Shown here: piece by piece, positions 29,583 through 39,072 of the stretch
Numbering within the stretch: position 1 is the first letter of the stretch
Layout of the letters: every line of letters begins with the position of its first letter
Source: a virus
Direction: 5' to 3' (one strand)
Virus record (IMG/VR): IMGVR_UViG_3300045988_129957
DNA: 64,000 nucleotides
Notes under the pieces: generated by a model
Told to the model about the DNA's origin: nothing
What the model saw: the letters and a program-made list of their open reading frames with translations, nothing else
Database searches by the model: none
Made by a program: the position numbers and the translations under genes

Positions 29583-30602
29583 TCATCGTTTTATCTTTTT
29601 AGACGGATCCCAATCCGAAGAGAAAGGGCATTCGTTTTTGTTATGTAATCCAAAGTCACAATAATAACACAGTGCTGACGGGCAGGGTAGCTTGTTTTGC
29701 GAAACAGGCTGGCTTAGGGTGGCACGCCGCTTGCTATACCTGGCTCCTTCTGCTCCCTGGATGTACGCTTGAAATGATTTTACACTATTATCTTCAAAAT
29801 CATACATTTTAGACAAAGTGTCATTTAGCATCTCTATAGATTTTGTTTTACGTTCCTCATCTACCTTAACCTTTTGGTACTGCCTGGTCCTGGTAAAGAA
29901 ATAGATGTTCATATCTGGTAGAACCCCACCATATCTTCTATAGATGTAAAATGAATATATAGGATGCTGTAAATTTGTTTCCAACTTCTTAGAATCAAAA
30001 ACCTTATTACCTGATTTCCAATCTATGACATAATGGTGAACTACGTTCTTGCTTTTTATAGCCAGATGAAGGTCTACCGATCCTACTATGTACACATGAG
30101 TATGAATTACTCCATTTATGTTAACAGGCTTAGGAAGACGGTACGGCAGCACAAAATCTTCTTCGACTCCAACTATAGCGCTGTGTCTGATAAGTTTCTC
30201 GCAGGGATTAAGATCACTATCAGCTATCATAAACCTATTGCCGTCTTTTTTGAACAGATCCACAATCCAAGCAAGAAGCTCCCCGGATTGCTTCATGGCT
30301 ATCATCATATTTTCCGGTGATTGCCAAGGTATGTCTTCTTGGTAAGCATAGTAACTTATAGCTTCCCCCAGGTCTTTTCCAGAAGGCTGTCTTCCGTTCT
30401 TAAAGAAGTATTCCAGTGTCTTATGGATAACCGTACCATAAGACGTAGCTTCTTGTTTTTCCGTAGACCTTTTGCCCTCTACGTAAGTCTTATACCATTT
30501 CATTGGACAAGTAAGAAACGTGTCTATCTGGGAATAAGATATGGCAAGACGTTTCACGCCATTAAACTCCTTATATAGCAAATGCGTTTCCGGGACCATC
30601 AT
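29583..30602 (-). CDS. Cas4/RecB-like PD-(D/E)xK exonuclease with Cys cluster
   Basis: N-terminal SQIDTFLTCPMKWY, VDLHL...IDWKSG (D...D/ExK), C-terminal CPSALCYYC...CPF four-Cys cluster. Confidence 0.7.
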   Translation of the reverse strand: MMVPETHLLYKEFNGVKRLAISYSQIDTFLTCPMKWYKTYVEGKRSTEKQEATSYGTVIHKTLEYFFKNGRQPSGKDLGEAISYYAYQEDIPWQSPENMMIAMKQSGELLAWIVDLFKKDGNRFMIADSDLNPCEKLIRHSAIVGVEEDFVLPYRLPKPVNINGVIHTHVYIVGSVDLHLAIKSKNVVHHYVIDWKSGNKVFDSKKLETNLQHPIYSFYIYRRYGGVLPDMNIYFFTRTRQYQKVKVDEERKTKSIEMLNDTLSKMYDFEDNSVKSFQAYIQGAEGARYSKRRATLSQPVSQNKLPCPSALCYYCDFGLHNKNECPFSSDWDPSKKIKR

Positions 30603-30958
30603 AAGTCATTGTCTTTAAATCCTTCCGGGTAATACACGACATACTTCTTACCGTCCTCCGGCGTCATGGCGAACTGCATGTAGTTATTACGATTACGATG
30701 CTTGCCATCCAATCCTCGTTTCCAATACAGGATACCGTCTATATCCACATAAGACCGTCCGCGTTCGGCTCTAACCACGTCCGTGTGTAGCAGATACCCG
30801 TCGGAAGACACGATCCACACTTTATCCCCTTTGTTTAAATAAGATATTCTTTTTCTTACAACAACCTTTTTCTTATTATCCAATACAAATTCCTCATCCG
30901 TCATATTCTTCATCCTCCTCTTCTTCTGTTTCAAAATCAATTCCATAACACTGATCAT
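30599..30958 (-). CDS. Hypothetical protein (119 aa; alternative coupled start at 30904)
   Basis: ORF; 36-aa acidic ORF 30894..31004 overlaps N-terminus, its TGA overlaps internal ATG (ATGACGGATGA). Confidence 0.4.
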   Translation of the reverse strand: MISVMELILKQKKRRMKNMTDEEFVLDNKKKVVVRKRISYLNKGDKVWIVSSDGYLLHTDVVRAERGRSYVDIDGILYWKRGLDGKHRNRNNYMQFAMTPEDGKKYVVYYPEGFKDNDL

Positions 30959-31001
30959 AATGTCCGGTCAGTTCTTCTGGTTCTAAATCTTGTCCAAAAT
31001 C

Positions 31002-31043
31002 CATATTAAAAATATATTAATACATATTAAAAATATATTAATC
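31002..31043. repeat. Tandem direct repeat 2 x 21 bp (catattaaaaatatattaata / ...aatc)
   Basis: 20/21 identical adjacent copies in intergenic AT-rich region. Confidence 0.6.
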
Positions 31044-31142
31044 AATAAAGCACTAAAAATCACTATTCCTGCTGGCATGAAATCTATAAATGCTGCTTTT
31101 GCTTCTTCAATTAGGCCCAAGTGTAACCTTGGGCCATTGTAT

Positions 31143-32843
31143 TTATTTTTTGTCATCTCCTTTTAACTTCTTTAAAGTATCTGCAATCGGAAGCTGATCA
31201 ATGACTCCCAATGCCGGAGCGACAGTCTTAACAACATTGTTAAGGAAATTACCGGTACTGTTCTGACCGCCGTCAAATACCGTGATATTTCCGAGGTTAA
31301 TGTGCTCGAACGCCTTAACCTGTTCTCCAGCAATTTCTTTCCACTGATTAACCATCTTGTACTGGATGGCTATCTGAGGATTGGATTCTGCTGCTTCCAC
31401 CATAGCCTTAAATCCGTCGGCTTCTGCCATCAACGACTTTTTCTTACCTTCGGCTTCCGCCTCCAGCTTCATCTGAATAGCTTTTGCTTCCGCTTCTGCT
31501 TTTGCCAAATGTGCTGCTGCTTCGGCATCAGCCCGACGTTTGATTTTCTCAGCTTCAGCATCAGCTTGCAACATAGCCTCCTGCTTCTGAATTTCAGCCG
31601 GCACAATCTTTTCAGCTTTAAGCGCAGCTTGAACCTTCTTAGCTTTAGCTTCTTCCACTTCTTTATCAGCAAGCTCTTTTGCCGTTTTCACAGCCGCTTC
31701 CGATTTAACTTTCTCTTCTCCGGCTTTCTTTTCTGATTGAGCTTTGATAACCTGCAATTCTGATTCTGATACAGCAACCTCTTTCTGGGCATTGTTGTAG
31801 CCTACAGAAGCATTTTTCTCAGCCTCAGCTTTCTTAATCTGAGCTTCAGAGTCTTGTATTGCTATAGCTGCTTGTTTGTCAGCTTCAGCTTTATTCTTTC
31901 CAACTTCTTCCATTCTTTCGGCTTCAGCTTTGTTTACTTCAAGTTCTGCCTTAGATTTTGCGATCGCTGATTCCTTATCAGCCAAAGTCTTTGCAATAAC
32001 CGCAGCCCTATCTCTATCGGCTTGAGCTACACCGATCTGTTTTTCTTTATCGGTTAAAGCCAAAGCTACTTCTTTTTCTTTCTTTGTTTCAGCTACTACC
32101 GTTTCCTTTTCTTTTTCAGTATAGGCAATTTGAATCTCTTGCTCTTTTTGGGTATTAGCTACAGCCGTTTCTTTTTCCTTTTGCTGTACAGCAATCTTAA
32201 TAGCACCCAGCTTTTCCTGTTCTTCGATATTAGCCTGTGCTTCGTTCAGGGCCTTACTTTCAGCTTCTTTGCCAAGATTCATGATATAGCCGGCTTCGTC
32301 TCTGATGTCACTGATGTTGATATTTAGGAGGTAAAGACCTAACTTATTAAGTTCGTTATCAATGTTTTTTCTTGCCTTATCCAAAAACTCATCCCTGTCA
32401 GAATTAAGTTTTTCAATCGTCATTTCAGCAATGATCAAACGCATTTGGCCATAAACAATATCCGTAATAAGATTTTCAGTAGATTCAGTATCCATCCCCA
32501 AAAGCCTTTCTGCTGCATTCTGCATAATTTCAGGATTTGTGCTGATTGCTACTGTAATAGTAGTAGGTACATCCACTCTGATATTTTGAGACGACAAAGC
32601 ACCGGTGAGCCTACAATCTATTTGCATAGGCTCCATAGACAAAATATCATAGCTTTGAATAATAGGCAAGACGAATGCCGCTCCACCATGATATAATTTC
32701 GCCGATTTCTTTTCCCCACCTGTCTTACCATAAACGACCAAGACTTGATTAGGCTTACATCTACGATACCTTGATAAGACTCCGATGATTGTCAAAATAA
32801 TCACTACAGCTAAAATAGCTGACACGTACATGATTGTTGTCAT
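31143..32843 (-). CDS. SPFH/Band-7 flotillin-like protein (YqiK-type)
   Basis: N-terminal TM helix, RYRRCKPNQVLVVYGK SPFH start, long Ala/Glu/Lys-rich coiled coil. Confidence 0.8.
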   Translation of the reverse strand: MTTIMYVSAILAVVIILTIIGVLSRYRRCKPNQVLVVYGKTGGEKKSAKLYHGGAAFVLPIIQSYDILSMEPMQIDCRLTGALSSQNIRVDVPTTITVAISTNPEIMQNAAERLLGMDTESTENLITDIVYGQMRLIIAEMTIEKLNSDRDEFLDKARKNIDNELNKLGLYLLNINISDIRDEAGYIMNLGKEAESKALNEAQANIEEQEKLGAIKIAVQQKEKETAVANTQKEQEIQIAYTEKEKETVVAETKKEKEVALALTDKEKQIGVAQADRDRAAVIAKTLADKESAIAKSKAELEVNKAEAERMEEVGKNKAEADKQAAIAIQDSEAQIKKAEAEKNASVGYNNAQKEVAVSESELQVIKAQSEKKAGEEKVKSEAAVKTAKELADKEVEEAKAKKVQAALKAEKIVPAEIQKQEAMLQADAEAEKIKRRADAEAAAHLAKAEAEAKAIQMKLEAEAEGKKKSLMAEADGFKAMVEAAESNPQIAIQYKMVNQWKEIAGEQVKAFEHINLGNITVFDGGQNSTGNFLNNVVKTVAPALGVIDQLPIADTLKKLKGDDKK

Positions 32844-32875
32844 AACTTTTAAAATTTAATTGTTGATAAAAAAAA

Positions 32876-33370
32876 TTAGATACTTAATTCTCCTTCTTCG
32901 TATTTTATATTCACCTTGTCACCGTTTTTGTAATTTTTTCCAGACAAGCACCTCACTCTCATCTGTTCCTGTCTTCCATTTTTCGAAATATTTACCATAT
33001 AATGATTCTTACCTGATCTAAACACTATCTCCACCTCTCTGCCATTTAAATCTTCCGGACATTCGTACACCATTTCTTGCTTTAACTTAAGAAGTAACTT
33101 ATATACGTAAAACAAAACGATAAAGAAAAACGACCCTATCACAACCCCTACTAAATGGGAACCCGAAAAGTAGGTAGTCCAGCTATATCCAAGAATAAAA
33201 TGTGTTATGCCCTTGAATGATATGATGTCCGACAAAGACATACTTAAATCAGAAGCATCATCAATATCAATATCCGTATCCAGATCAGATCCTAATATCG
33301 ACAACAAAAACTGTATAACAAAAGCAAATGACGCTATTAAAGCCATGCATAAAATTATGTCACTTCCCAT
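32876..33370 (-). CDS. NfeD-like membrane protein (partner of flotillin)
   Basis: Two hydrophobic segments plus C-terminal beta-rich ~60 aa; immediately upstream of flotillin as in yqiJ-yqiK/yuaF-yuaG operons. Confidence 0.55.
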   Translation of the reverse strand: MGSDIILCMALIASFAFVIQFLLSILGSDLDTDIDIDDASDLSMSLSDIISFKGITHFILGYSWTTYFSGSHLVGVVIGSFFFIVLFYVYKLLLKLKQEMVYECPEDLNGREVEIVFRSGKNHYMVNISKNGRQEQMRVRCLSGKNYKNGDKVNIKYEEGELSI

Positions 33371-33611
33371 ATCCTTCTGTTATTATTTTGTAAACAAGAT
33401 CAGTCATATCTTTGATGGTCTCCATATCATAATCATTAATAACAATATTGAATTTTTGTTCCACCATCATTTCCAGTTCAATTTGATCGATAGAATCTAA
33501 TCCAAGTTCTTTAAACGTCACATCTTCTTCATGAACTATATCTATTTCCGAATTAAGAAACTGAGTAATAATTATATCCTCTATTATCTTTCTGATTCTT
33601 ACTTTTTCCAT
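33360..33611 (-). CDS. Acyl carrier protein
   Basis: ELGLDSIDQIELEMMVEQKF matches ACP helix-II motif [20 protein letters not shown] incl. phosphopantetheine Ser; 83 aa. Confidence 0.8.
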   Translation of the reverse strand: MEKVRIRKIIEDIIITQFLNSEIDIVHEEDVTFKELGLDSIDQIELEMMVEQKFNIVINDYDMETIKDMTDLVYKIITEGYGK

Positions 33612-34312
33612 TGCTTTCTAATTTTGTTAAATAAATACGTTTTTATGTTTTTCAATCGCTCTTTGTCTGTTTCAGAACTTCCGGTAAACAAATAATCCGG
33701 ATTGCCTTTAGCCGGCGGCGTAGGCAATTTAGATACGGCAAACAACCAATCCATTTCCTTATTCTTCTTAGACTCCAAATAAGGCTCGGTAGCGATCTTA
33801 AATTTTTCAGCTATTAAGTCAAAGAGCTTTGAATTTTTAAGGTTCATATGGACCGAAAAGGCCTGAGAAGGCGGTTTCCATATGAAGTTACATAAGCTCA
33901 TTGTATAATCTCCTGACTCTGCTATATAAGATTCCGTTACCTGAAGTATGACCTCTTTCTTGAATGAGGTGTTACCCATAAACCAACACAACCTGGATTC
34001 CGCTTCTTTTCTGCTGACACCTATGTCTTTTGAATACGATTCGTACATTCCTATCATAATCTTCAACGTTTCCAGAACCTCGTCTGTCATCTCCGGTGTC
34101 TCTATATAATTCACAAAAGACGTTCCTTTGTTGGTCAATCTCATCACACCTGATTTTAATTTCTCAACCAGGCCAAGCTCTATATACCTCCCAGCATCTT
34201 TTTCCAGCATGGCTTCGATCATAACCGTATCCTTCTGTCTTATAGCAAGAAGATTAGCCAGATCATTAGGAGTCATGTCTGATGCTGCAAGTTGTCTGAA
34301 ATTGATGTACAT
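33599..34312 (-). CDS. Hypothetical protein (237 aa)
   Basis: ORF; 13-nt overlap with ACP. Confidence 0.45.
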   Translation of the reverse strand: MYINFRQLAASDMTPNDLANLLAIRQKDTVMIEAMLEKDAGRYIELGLVEKLKSGVMRLTNKGTSFVNYIETPEMTDEVLETLKIMIGMYESYSKDIGVSRKEAESRLCWFMGNTSFKKEVILQVTESYIAESGDYTMSLCNFIWKPPSQAFSVHMNLKNSKLFDLIAEKFKIATEPYLESKKNKEMDWLFAVSKLPTPPAKGNPDYLFTGSSETDKERLKNIKTYLFNKIRKQWKK

Positions 34313-34314
34313 GC

Positions 34315-34524
34315 CTAATCAGCTTTAATAAAAATAACATCCTTACCATCCTCCCTCTCTACGTGATTACACGGGCCTGCGACTACATCTACCGACCCGC
34401 ATGTAATGTGGTCATTAAATATACATCCTTCACATCCTAAGTCTGGCTCTGGAGCATCCACACATTTTAATCTCACAAGTCCGGCATCAAACACTTCTCC
34501 TACTTTAAATTCCTTCTTTTCCAT
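34315..34524 (-). CDS. Small Cys-rich protein (69 aa)
   Basis: CVDAPEPDLGCEGC...CGS...CNH. Confidence 0.35.
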   Translation of the reverse strand: MEKKEFKVGEVFDAGLVRLKCVDAPEPDLGCEGCIFNDHITCGSVDVVAGPCNHVEREDGKDVIFIKAD

Positions 34525-34539
34525 ATTTCCTCCTTGTTT

Positions 34540-35142
34540 TTAACTGTTGTACCCTTCTTTGATAATCGAATTTCTACCGGTAGATACCGACTGTCGAAGA
34601 TCGTCATGTACAGAATCTACCGTAGAATACTTGTTTCTGGTTGTAAAAATCACTTCCAGCATCTCCTTGTAATCACCTAAAGCTACTTCATATCTCGGAT
34701 CTACTTTGGCTTTTCTTTCGGCCTCGGCATTACTCTTAGCCAGCTCTCGGTCAAGAAGATCTTCTTTGATTCGGTCAGCAATCATATCAAGTTCTTTTTT
34801 TATAACTTCTCCTGCTGCCCGAAGTTGACCTTCTACGTCGCCAAGCTGATCTTGGACGGTTCCTATTTCTTTCTTTAGACGATCGTATTCGTTAATCATA
34901 CCCATATCACCTGCATAGCCGGAAAAGTCCTTGATTATTCTGGTTCCTTCTTTAAGGAGCTCAATGACTCGTCTTTTGCGTTCTCTGCTTATTAAAGACG
35001 GAAGACGATAATTCATATCCGCCACCGCCTTGTCGTGTATGGAGTTGATTAAAAACATCTCTCTTTCATCCCCTGCAAATTCGGTAAGAACCAAAAGGAA
35101 CTTACTTATCAGGTATTCGTTTTCTTCTACAGTAAGTCTCAT
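34540..35142 (-). CDS. Hypothetical coiled-coil protein (200 aa)
   Basis: ORF. Confidence 0.45.
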   Translation of the reverse strand: MRLTVEENEYLISKFLLVLTEFAGDEREMFLINSIHDKAVADMNYRLPSLISRERKRRVIELLKEGTRIIKDFSGYAGDMGMINEYDRLKKEIGTVQDQLGDVEGQLRAAGEVIKKELDMIADRIKEDLLDRELAKSNAEAERKAKVDPRYEVALGDYKEMLEVIFTTRNKYSTVDSVHDDLRQSVSTGRNSIIKEGYNS

Positions 35143-35155
35143 ACGTTTCTTTTTT

Positions 35156-36289
35156 TTAATATACTGACTGTTCTTCCTTTGTCTCTTGTTCTTGATCTTG
35201 ATTGTTCGTAACGTCTTCCACAGTATAGAGCTTGGGCGGCGTCGGCGGCTGGTTAGGGTTCACGAACTTCGTCCCTCCCTCCCCGTACATCCATCCATGC
35301 CCCGGCAGGATCTCTGGGTGGATTGTATTAGTAAGCTCTTCCATACTAACTTGCCTTACCTTCAGTATATGATGAAACACCAGTCCGGCTGTCCTGAATG
35401 ATGTTTTGTTTTCAGTTTTAAACCGGTCAAGAGTCTGATACCAGTCTTTCCCAAATATCATATACTTGTCCAGCCCGTATCTGCGAGGATTATGCAAACC
35501 TATCATTAACGTACATAGTTGCCCCAGCGTATCAGACTGATAAAAGTCAGAAAGACGGGGAGGCTGCTCTTGAGGGCTTTTTATCCTTCCTTCTATCTCT
35601 CTGTTGAATTGGGATATGATGAGGAAAAATATGTTTTTATATACTAATTTAGCCTCGTTCATAACCGCCACCAAATCATCTATAGCCGACTTAGGATCCA
35701 ATCCCATTCTTTTTATCAAAGCAATATGATCGACTTTAAATATTATAAGACGTTTGTCTTTATGCTTAGTAGCTATATGATATACAGCCGCCTCAAACTC
35801 TTTTACCGTACACGGAGCGTCGATGTATATTATATTATTTCTGATTTCACCTTGAAGGATTTCAAACATCCTCATCTCTTCTACTGTATTAGAATCTTGC
35901 CTTCTTAATATTTCAGGAGCCCGTTTTTTCATATCCTGACTCATTCTGCGAAGAAGAAGATCTTGAGGATTCATTTCGAACTCGCAATTGACAAGAAAAT
36001 AATCTTCTGCTTGTGGGTTGATCATCGGATTCATCACATTTTCCAATATCTTTTGGGCCACATACGATTTACCCACAGATGGCCGAGCCCCTATGGCAAT
36101 AGCATGCTGAGGGAAAATACCTCCAAGCAAAGCCTCATCAATATAATCGTATCCGGTTTTAGCGGGGATAAGCTCTCCCCGCCTGTATTTTAAGATATTC
36201 TCATACGCCTCTTCCATAACCTGTTTGGAGGTTTTGAATATCCTTCTTATATCTATCCTATTTGCTATCTCCTCGTGCATTTTTGTCAC
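35156..36289 (-). CDS. DnaB-family replicative helicase (RecA-fold C-terminal domain)
   Basis: GELIPA...IAIGARPSVGKSYVA matches DnaB GELIII.ARPSMGKTA Walker A; Walker-B-like LIIFKVDHIALI. Confidence 0.75.
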   Translation of the reverse strand: MTKMHEEIANRIDIRRIFKTSKQVMEEAYENILKYRRGELIPAKTGYDYIDEALLGGIFPQHAIAIGARPSVGKSYVAQKILENVMNPMINPQAEDYFLVNCEFEMNPQDLLLRRMSQDMKKRAPEILRRQDSNTVEEMRMFEILQGEIRNNIIYIDAPCTVKEFEAAVYHIATKHKDKRLIIFKVDHIALIKRMGLDPKSAIDDLVAVMNEAKLVYKNIFFLIISQFNREIEGRIKSPQEQPPRLSDFYQSDTLGQLCTLMIGLHNPRRYGLDKYMIFGKDWYQTLDRFKTENKTSFRTAGLVFHHILKVRQVSMEELTNTIHPEILPGHGWMYGEGGTKFVNPNQPPTPPKLYTVEDVTNNQDQEQETKEEQSVY

Positions 36290-36569
36290 CTTTTGTATCC
36301 GATTTGGATCCCCTATTAGCTTTTACTGATTTATACCTAAGACCGTTTTTGGTATGAGAACAATCTTTGCCTTTCCTCCAGCTTTTGCCTTTCTTCTTGT
36401 CCGTTTCGTAGTTTTTACGACCAAGCTCCCGGCGTTTGGCTTTCTGTTCCGGTCTGGCATTTATCTCCTTGTCCTTTTTAGCCTTTTTCTTCCTGGCTTC
36501 GGGATGAGTCCTGTAGTACTCTGTCGATCTACCCATGTGCTTATATTTTTTTTTGATGAATAATAGCAC
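36258..36569 (-). CDS. Highly basic Lys/Arg-rich small protein (103 aa), possible DNA-binding
   Basis: Composition. Confidence 0.35.
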   Translation of the reverse strand: MLLFIKKKYKHMGRSTEYYRTHPEARKKKAKKDKEINARPEQKAKRRELGRKNYETDKKKGKSWRKGKDCSHTKNGLRYKSVKANRGSKSDTKGDKNARGDSK

Positions 36570-36589
36570 AAAGATAGGTAATTCGCGTC

Positions 36590-37156
36590 CTATTTCAACC
36601 TGCCGTAGCTCATATCGGGATCACACCAGACATACCCGTCTTTCTCATCATGGAGATACTCAGGGCATCCTCTGCATGCGCTACTGCCTGACACTATTTG
36701 ATTGTTCTTATTAGGGCACTTATCTCCAGGTTTATGCCATTCTATTCTCGAACCTGATCGTTCTTTGTTTACATGACAGAACTGAAAGACTTTTCCCATC
36801 GTCTTCTCGCCAAACATACCTATATGTGTGTACTCTTCCGGTATAGCGAGAAATTCAGATAAATCTTTATACATCCTTTCCCGTTCCTCTGGCGTAGACC
36901 ATAGTCTATCAAGTTCGGCATGGACTCTTATCTTAAGAGACCTCAGTGATGGCCCCGCAAGCCGGCCTTTAGCTTTTCCCTTATTCGGCCCTGATTCATG
37001 AACACCGACATAAGCGTTGCATGGTTTACACATCATAACCATCCCTAAGCCTTTTCTGCTATATATTTTATCGGCATTGACCAACTCGGTTTCTCTTCCG
37101 CAATAAGGGCAAATTTCGCCTCTTAAAATCCGTTGTTGCCGCACATTGAGTTCCAT
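36590..37156 (-). CDS. Zinc-ribbon protein (188 aa)
   Basis: CPYCG...CKPC N-terminus; C-terminal CRGC. Confidence 0.45.
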   Translation of the reverse strand: MELNVRQQRILRGEICPYCGRETELVNADKIYSRKGLGMVMMCKPCNAYVGVHESGPNKGKAKGRLAGPSLRSLKIRVHAELDRLWSTPEERERMYKDLSEFLAIPEEYTHIGMFGEKTMGKVFQFCHVNKERSGSRIEWHKPGDKCPNKNNQIVSGSSACRGCPEYLHDEKDGYVWCDPDMSYGRLK

Positions 37157-37401
37157 ACTCTATCCTTTTGTTTCTCTTTAAACTTTTCATACAAACTGCT
37201 TTCAGTTTCCATTTCCGAGATCTCCACCTCTACGTCCTCTCTTTTGAAAATTACTTTCTTGGCTGTAGGATACGCACATTTAGAGATACGAATAGCATTA
37301 CGAATAGCGTAAACAAAATACGTTTCTGGTGATGATTCGATCACCACTACCTCGTTTAAAGTGTTTTTATAATTTTCCATGTTGTTATCTACTTGCTTCA
37401 A
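37123..37401 (-). CDS. Hypothetical protein (92 aa)
   Basis: ORF. Confidence 0.35.
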   Translation of the reverse strand: MKQVDNNMENYKNTLNEVVVIESSPETYFVYAIRNAIRISKCAYPTAKKVIFKREDVEVEISEMETESSLYEKFKEKQKDRVWNSMCGNNGF

Positions 37402-37738
37402 TTACACACCCTGGATTATCTTCACATGCCTCTTTGTATTCGATAAGAAACTTAAGAAATGAATCATAAGACCCCCATCCGTTTTCTGGTTCGTATCTCA
37501 AAAGACTCTTTCTCTTGGAGATCATAATATATATACCTTTTGTGAGTATCTTCACCATCTCCTTAGTATCTATTTCCCTGCCCAATTCTTCCGGTCTCCA
37601 AACATAATCGTATAGTGTTTCTTTGTTTTCTGATACGAATATTTTTTGTGCCATCTTGTTCATGTTGTGGGTGATGTTTGCAACCCATTTACGATCCTCT
37701 TCTTTCTTCTTGCTCTTAATATAAACGTCCAGGCTCAT
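37385..37738 (-). CDS. Hypothetical protein (117 aa)
   Basis: ORF. Confidence 0.4.
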   Translation of the reverse strand: MSLDVYIKSKKKEEDRKWVANITHNMNKMAQKIFVSENKETLYDYVWRPEELGREIDTKEMVKILTKGIYIMISKRKSLLRYEPENGWGSYDSFLKFLIEYKEACEDNPGCVIEASR

Positions 37739-38729
37739 AATATTTCTCTTTTACTTTGTTATTAATTATCAAATCTGCCACATCATCTCCGTCCCCTACA
37801 TTCTCAACACTCTGAAGATAGTCCGATACTTTTATCCTTGACTTCATCATCATCCCATCTATCTTTTTACTCCATGTGTCAAATGCTTGTCCTTTGTCCG
37901 GAAAAGCTACAGTCTTTCTATCTTTTAAAACATCTATCACTTCCGGTCTTAAGTTCTGCAACCCACCGGTAGCCACAAACAACTCATCTGGTTTATTCAC
38001 GGCGCATATAATAGCCGTCTTTTCTGACTCCACCAAATTAACTACCTTATCTGGATACTGGCTTAGAAGATGTTCTCCAAACAGGCATTGTCTAAACAAG
38101 AAGTCTCTTGCATGCAACGAGTGATAAAACATGACATGAGGTCGCTCATTGTCACCGTCTTTTTCCTTCACTCTTTTTACATCAATCTCATTCCCCTGGC
38201 TGTCGGTCTTTATATAAAAATCCATAATCTTGCCGGTTCTGCATGCAAAGTCCTTATCTATCTGCCAGAATATACAACACCCTTTCCATCCCCATAAGTC
38301 CATTGTTCCAACATGATACCTTCTAAATACGTCAGATACCCTTTCTTTTCCCCATAGAGACGATAAAAATCTAAATACGGTGTTTCTGTCGTCTGGAACC
38401 ACAGTCCTCTCAAACTCGCTAAAAGGTATGTAATTTACAACGTCAGGATTTACAGGAGGACGATAAGCTCTTATACACTTGTTTCCCGAAATCCAAAGAT
38501 CTTTGTCACCTACATCCTTACCAGTAGGTCGTTTATCGTAACCGCAAGTCCGTTCATGATCGCATCTTCCGAACTCGTTGCCAACAACCTGACCTGTTGC
38601 CACATCAATATAAGGAGTGAGGCACCGGCTTTTTCCGCAAGCCGGGCAGGTTAGCTTCAGCCGGCTCCTTCCGGGCCTGCGGTCAAGTTGAAACCGGGGT
38701 ACGTTTTCGTATCTTCTGAAATCAAGCAT
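37716..38729 (-). CDS. DNA primase, zinc-ribbon + TOPRIM (DnaG-like)
   Basis: CPACG...C...H..C zinc-binding N-terminus; TOPRIM Glu (LVESEKTAI) and DxD (GDGDDVADL). Confidence 0.65.
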   Translation of the reverse strand: MLDFRRYENVPRFQLDRRPGRSRLKLTCPACGKSRCLTPYIDVATGQVVGNEFGRCDHERTCGYDKRPTGKDVGDKDLWISGNKCIRAYRPPVNPDVVNYIPFSEFERTVVPDDRNTVFRFLSSLWGKERVSDVFRRYHVGTMDLWGWKGCCIFWQIDKDFACRTGKIMDFYIKTDSQGNEIDVKRVKEKDGDNERPHVMFYHSLHARDFLFRQCLFGEHLLSQYPDKVVNLVESEKTAIICAVNKPDELFVATGGLQNLRPEVIDVLKDRKTVAFPDKGQAFDTWSKKIDGMMMKSRIKVSDYLQSVENVGDGDDVADLIINNKVKEKYYEPGRLY

Positions 38730-39072
38730 TTTTAACTCCTCTCATTGCTTCTATGATTCTATCCGCTATAGTTATAGACCATGACACCACATCTGGTATA
38801 TATACTCCGCAATCTATTTCTCCTTTTCTATCTTGCATTTTAATGAACTCAATAGAATAAGCCTTAACAAGATCGAATCTACGTTGTTCCCAGTCTACAT
38901 CTTTGTTCTCATCATCCACAGGAAGGGTATCGAGATAATAATTTAAACTCTCATTTATCACACTTCCGTTGCTGTCATAGAATTGTATTTGGTCATAGTC
39001 GCTTCTTATAGTTGAACCACTGAAGGTGATTACGTCTATTATCTCCCCGGTTCTTCTAATTTTTCTTTTCAT
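38722..39072 (-). CDS. Hypothetical protein (116 aa)
   Basis: ORF. Confidence 0.4.
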   Translation of the reverse strand: MKRKIRRTGEIIDVITFSGSTIRSDYDQIQFYDSNGSVINESLNYYLDTLPVDDENKDVDWEQRRFDLVKAYSIEFIKMQDRKGEIDCGVYIPDVVSWSITIADRIIEAMRGVKNA

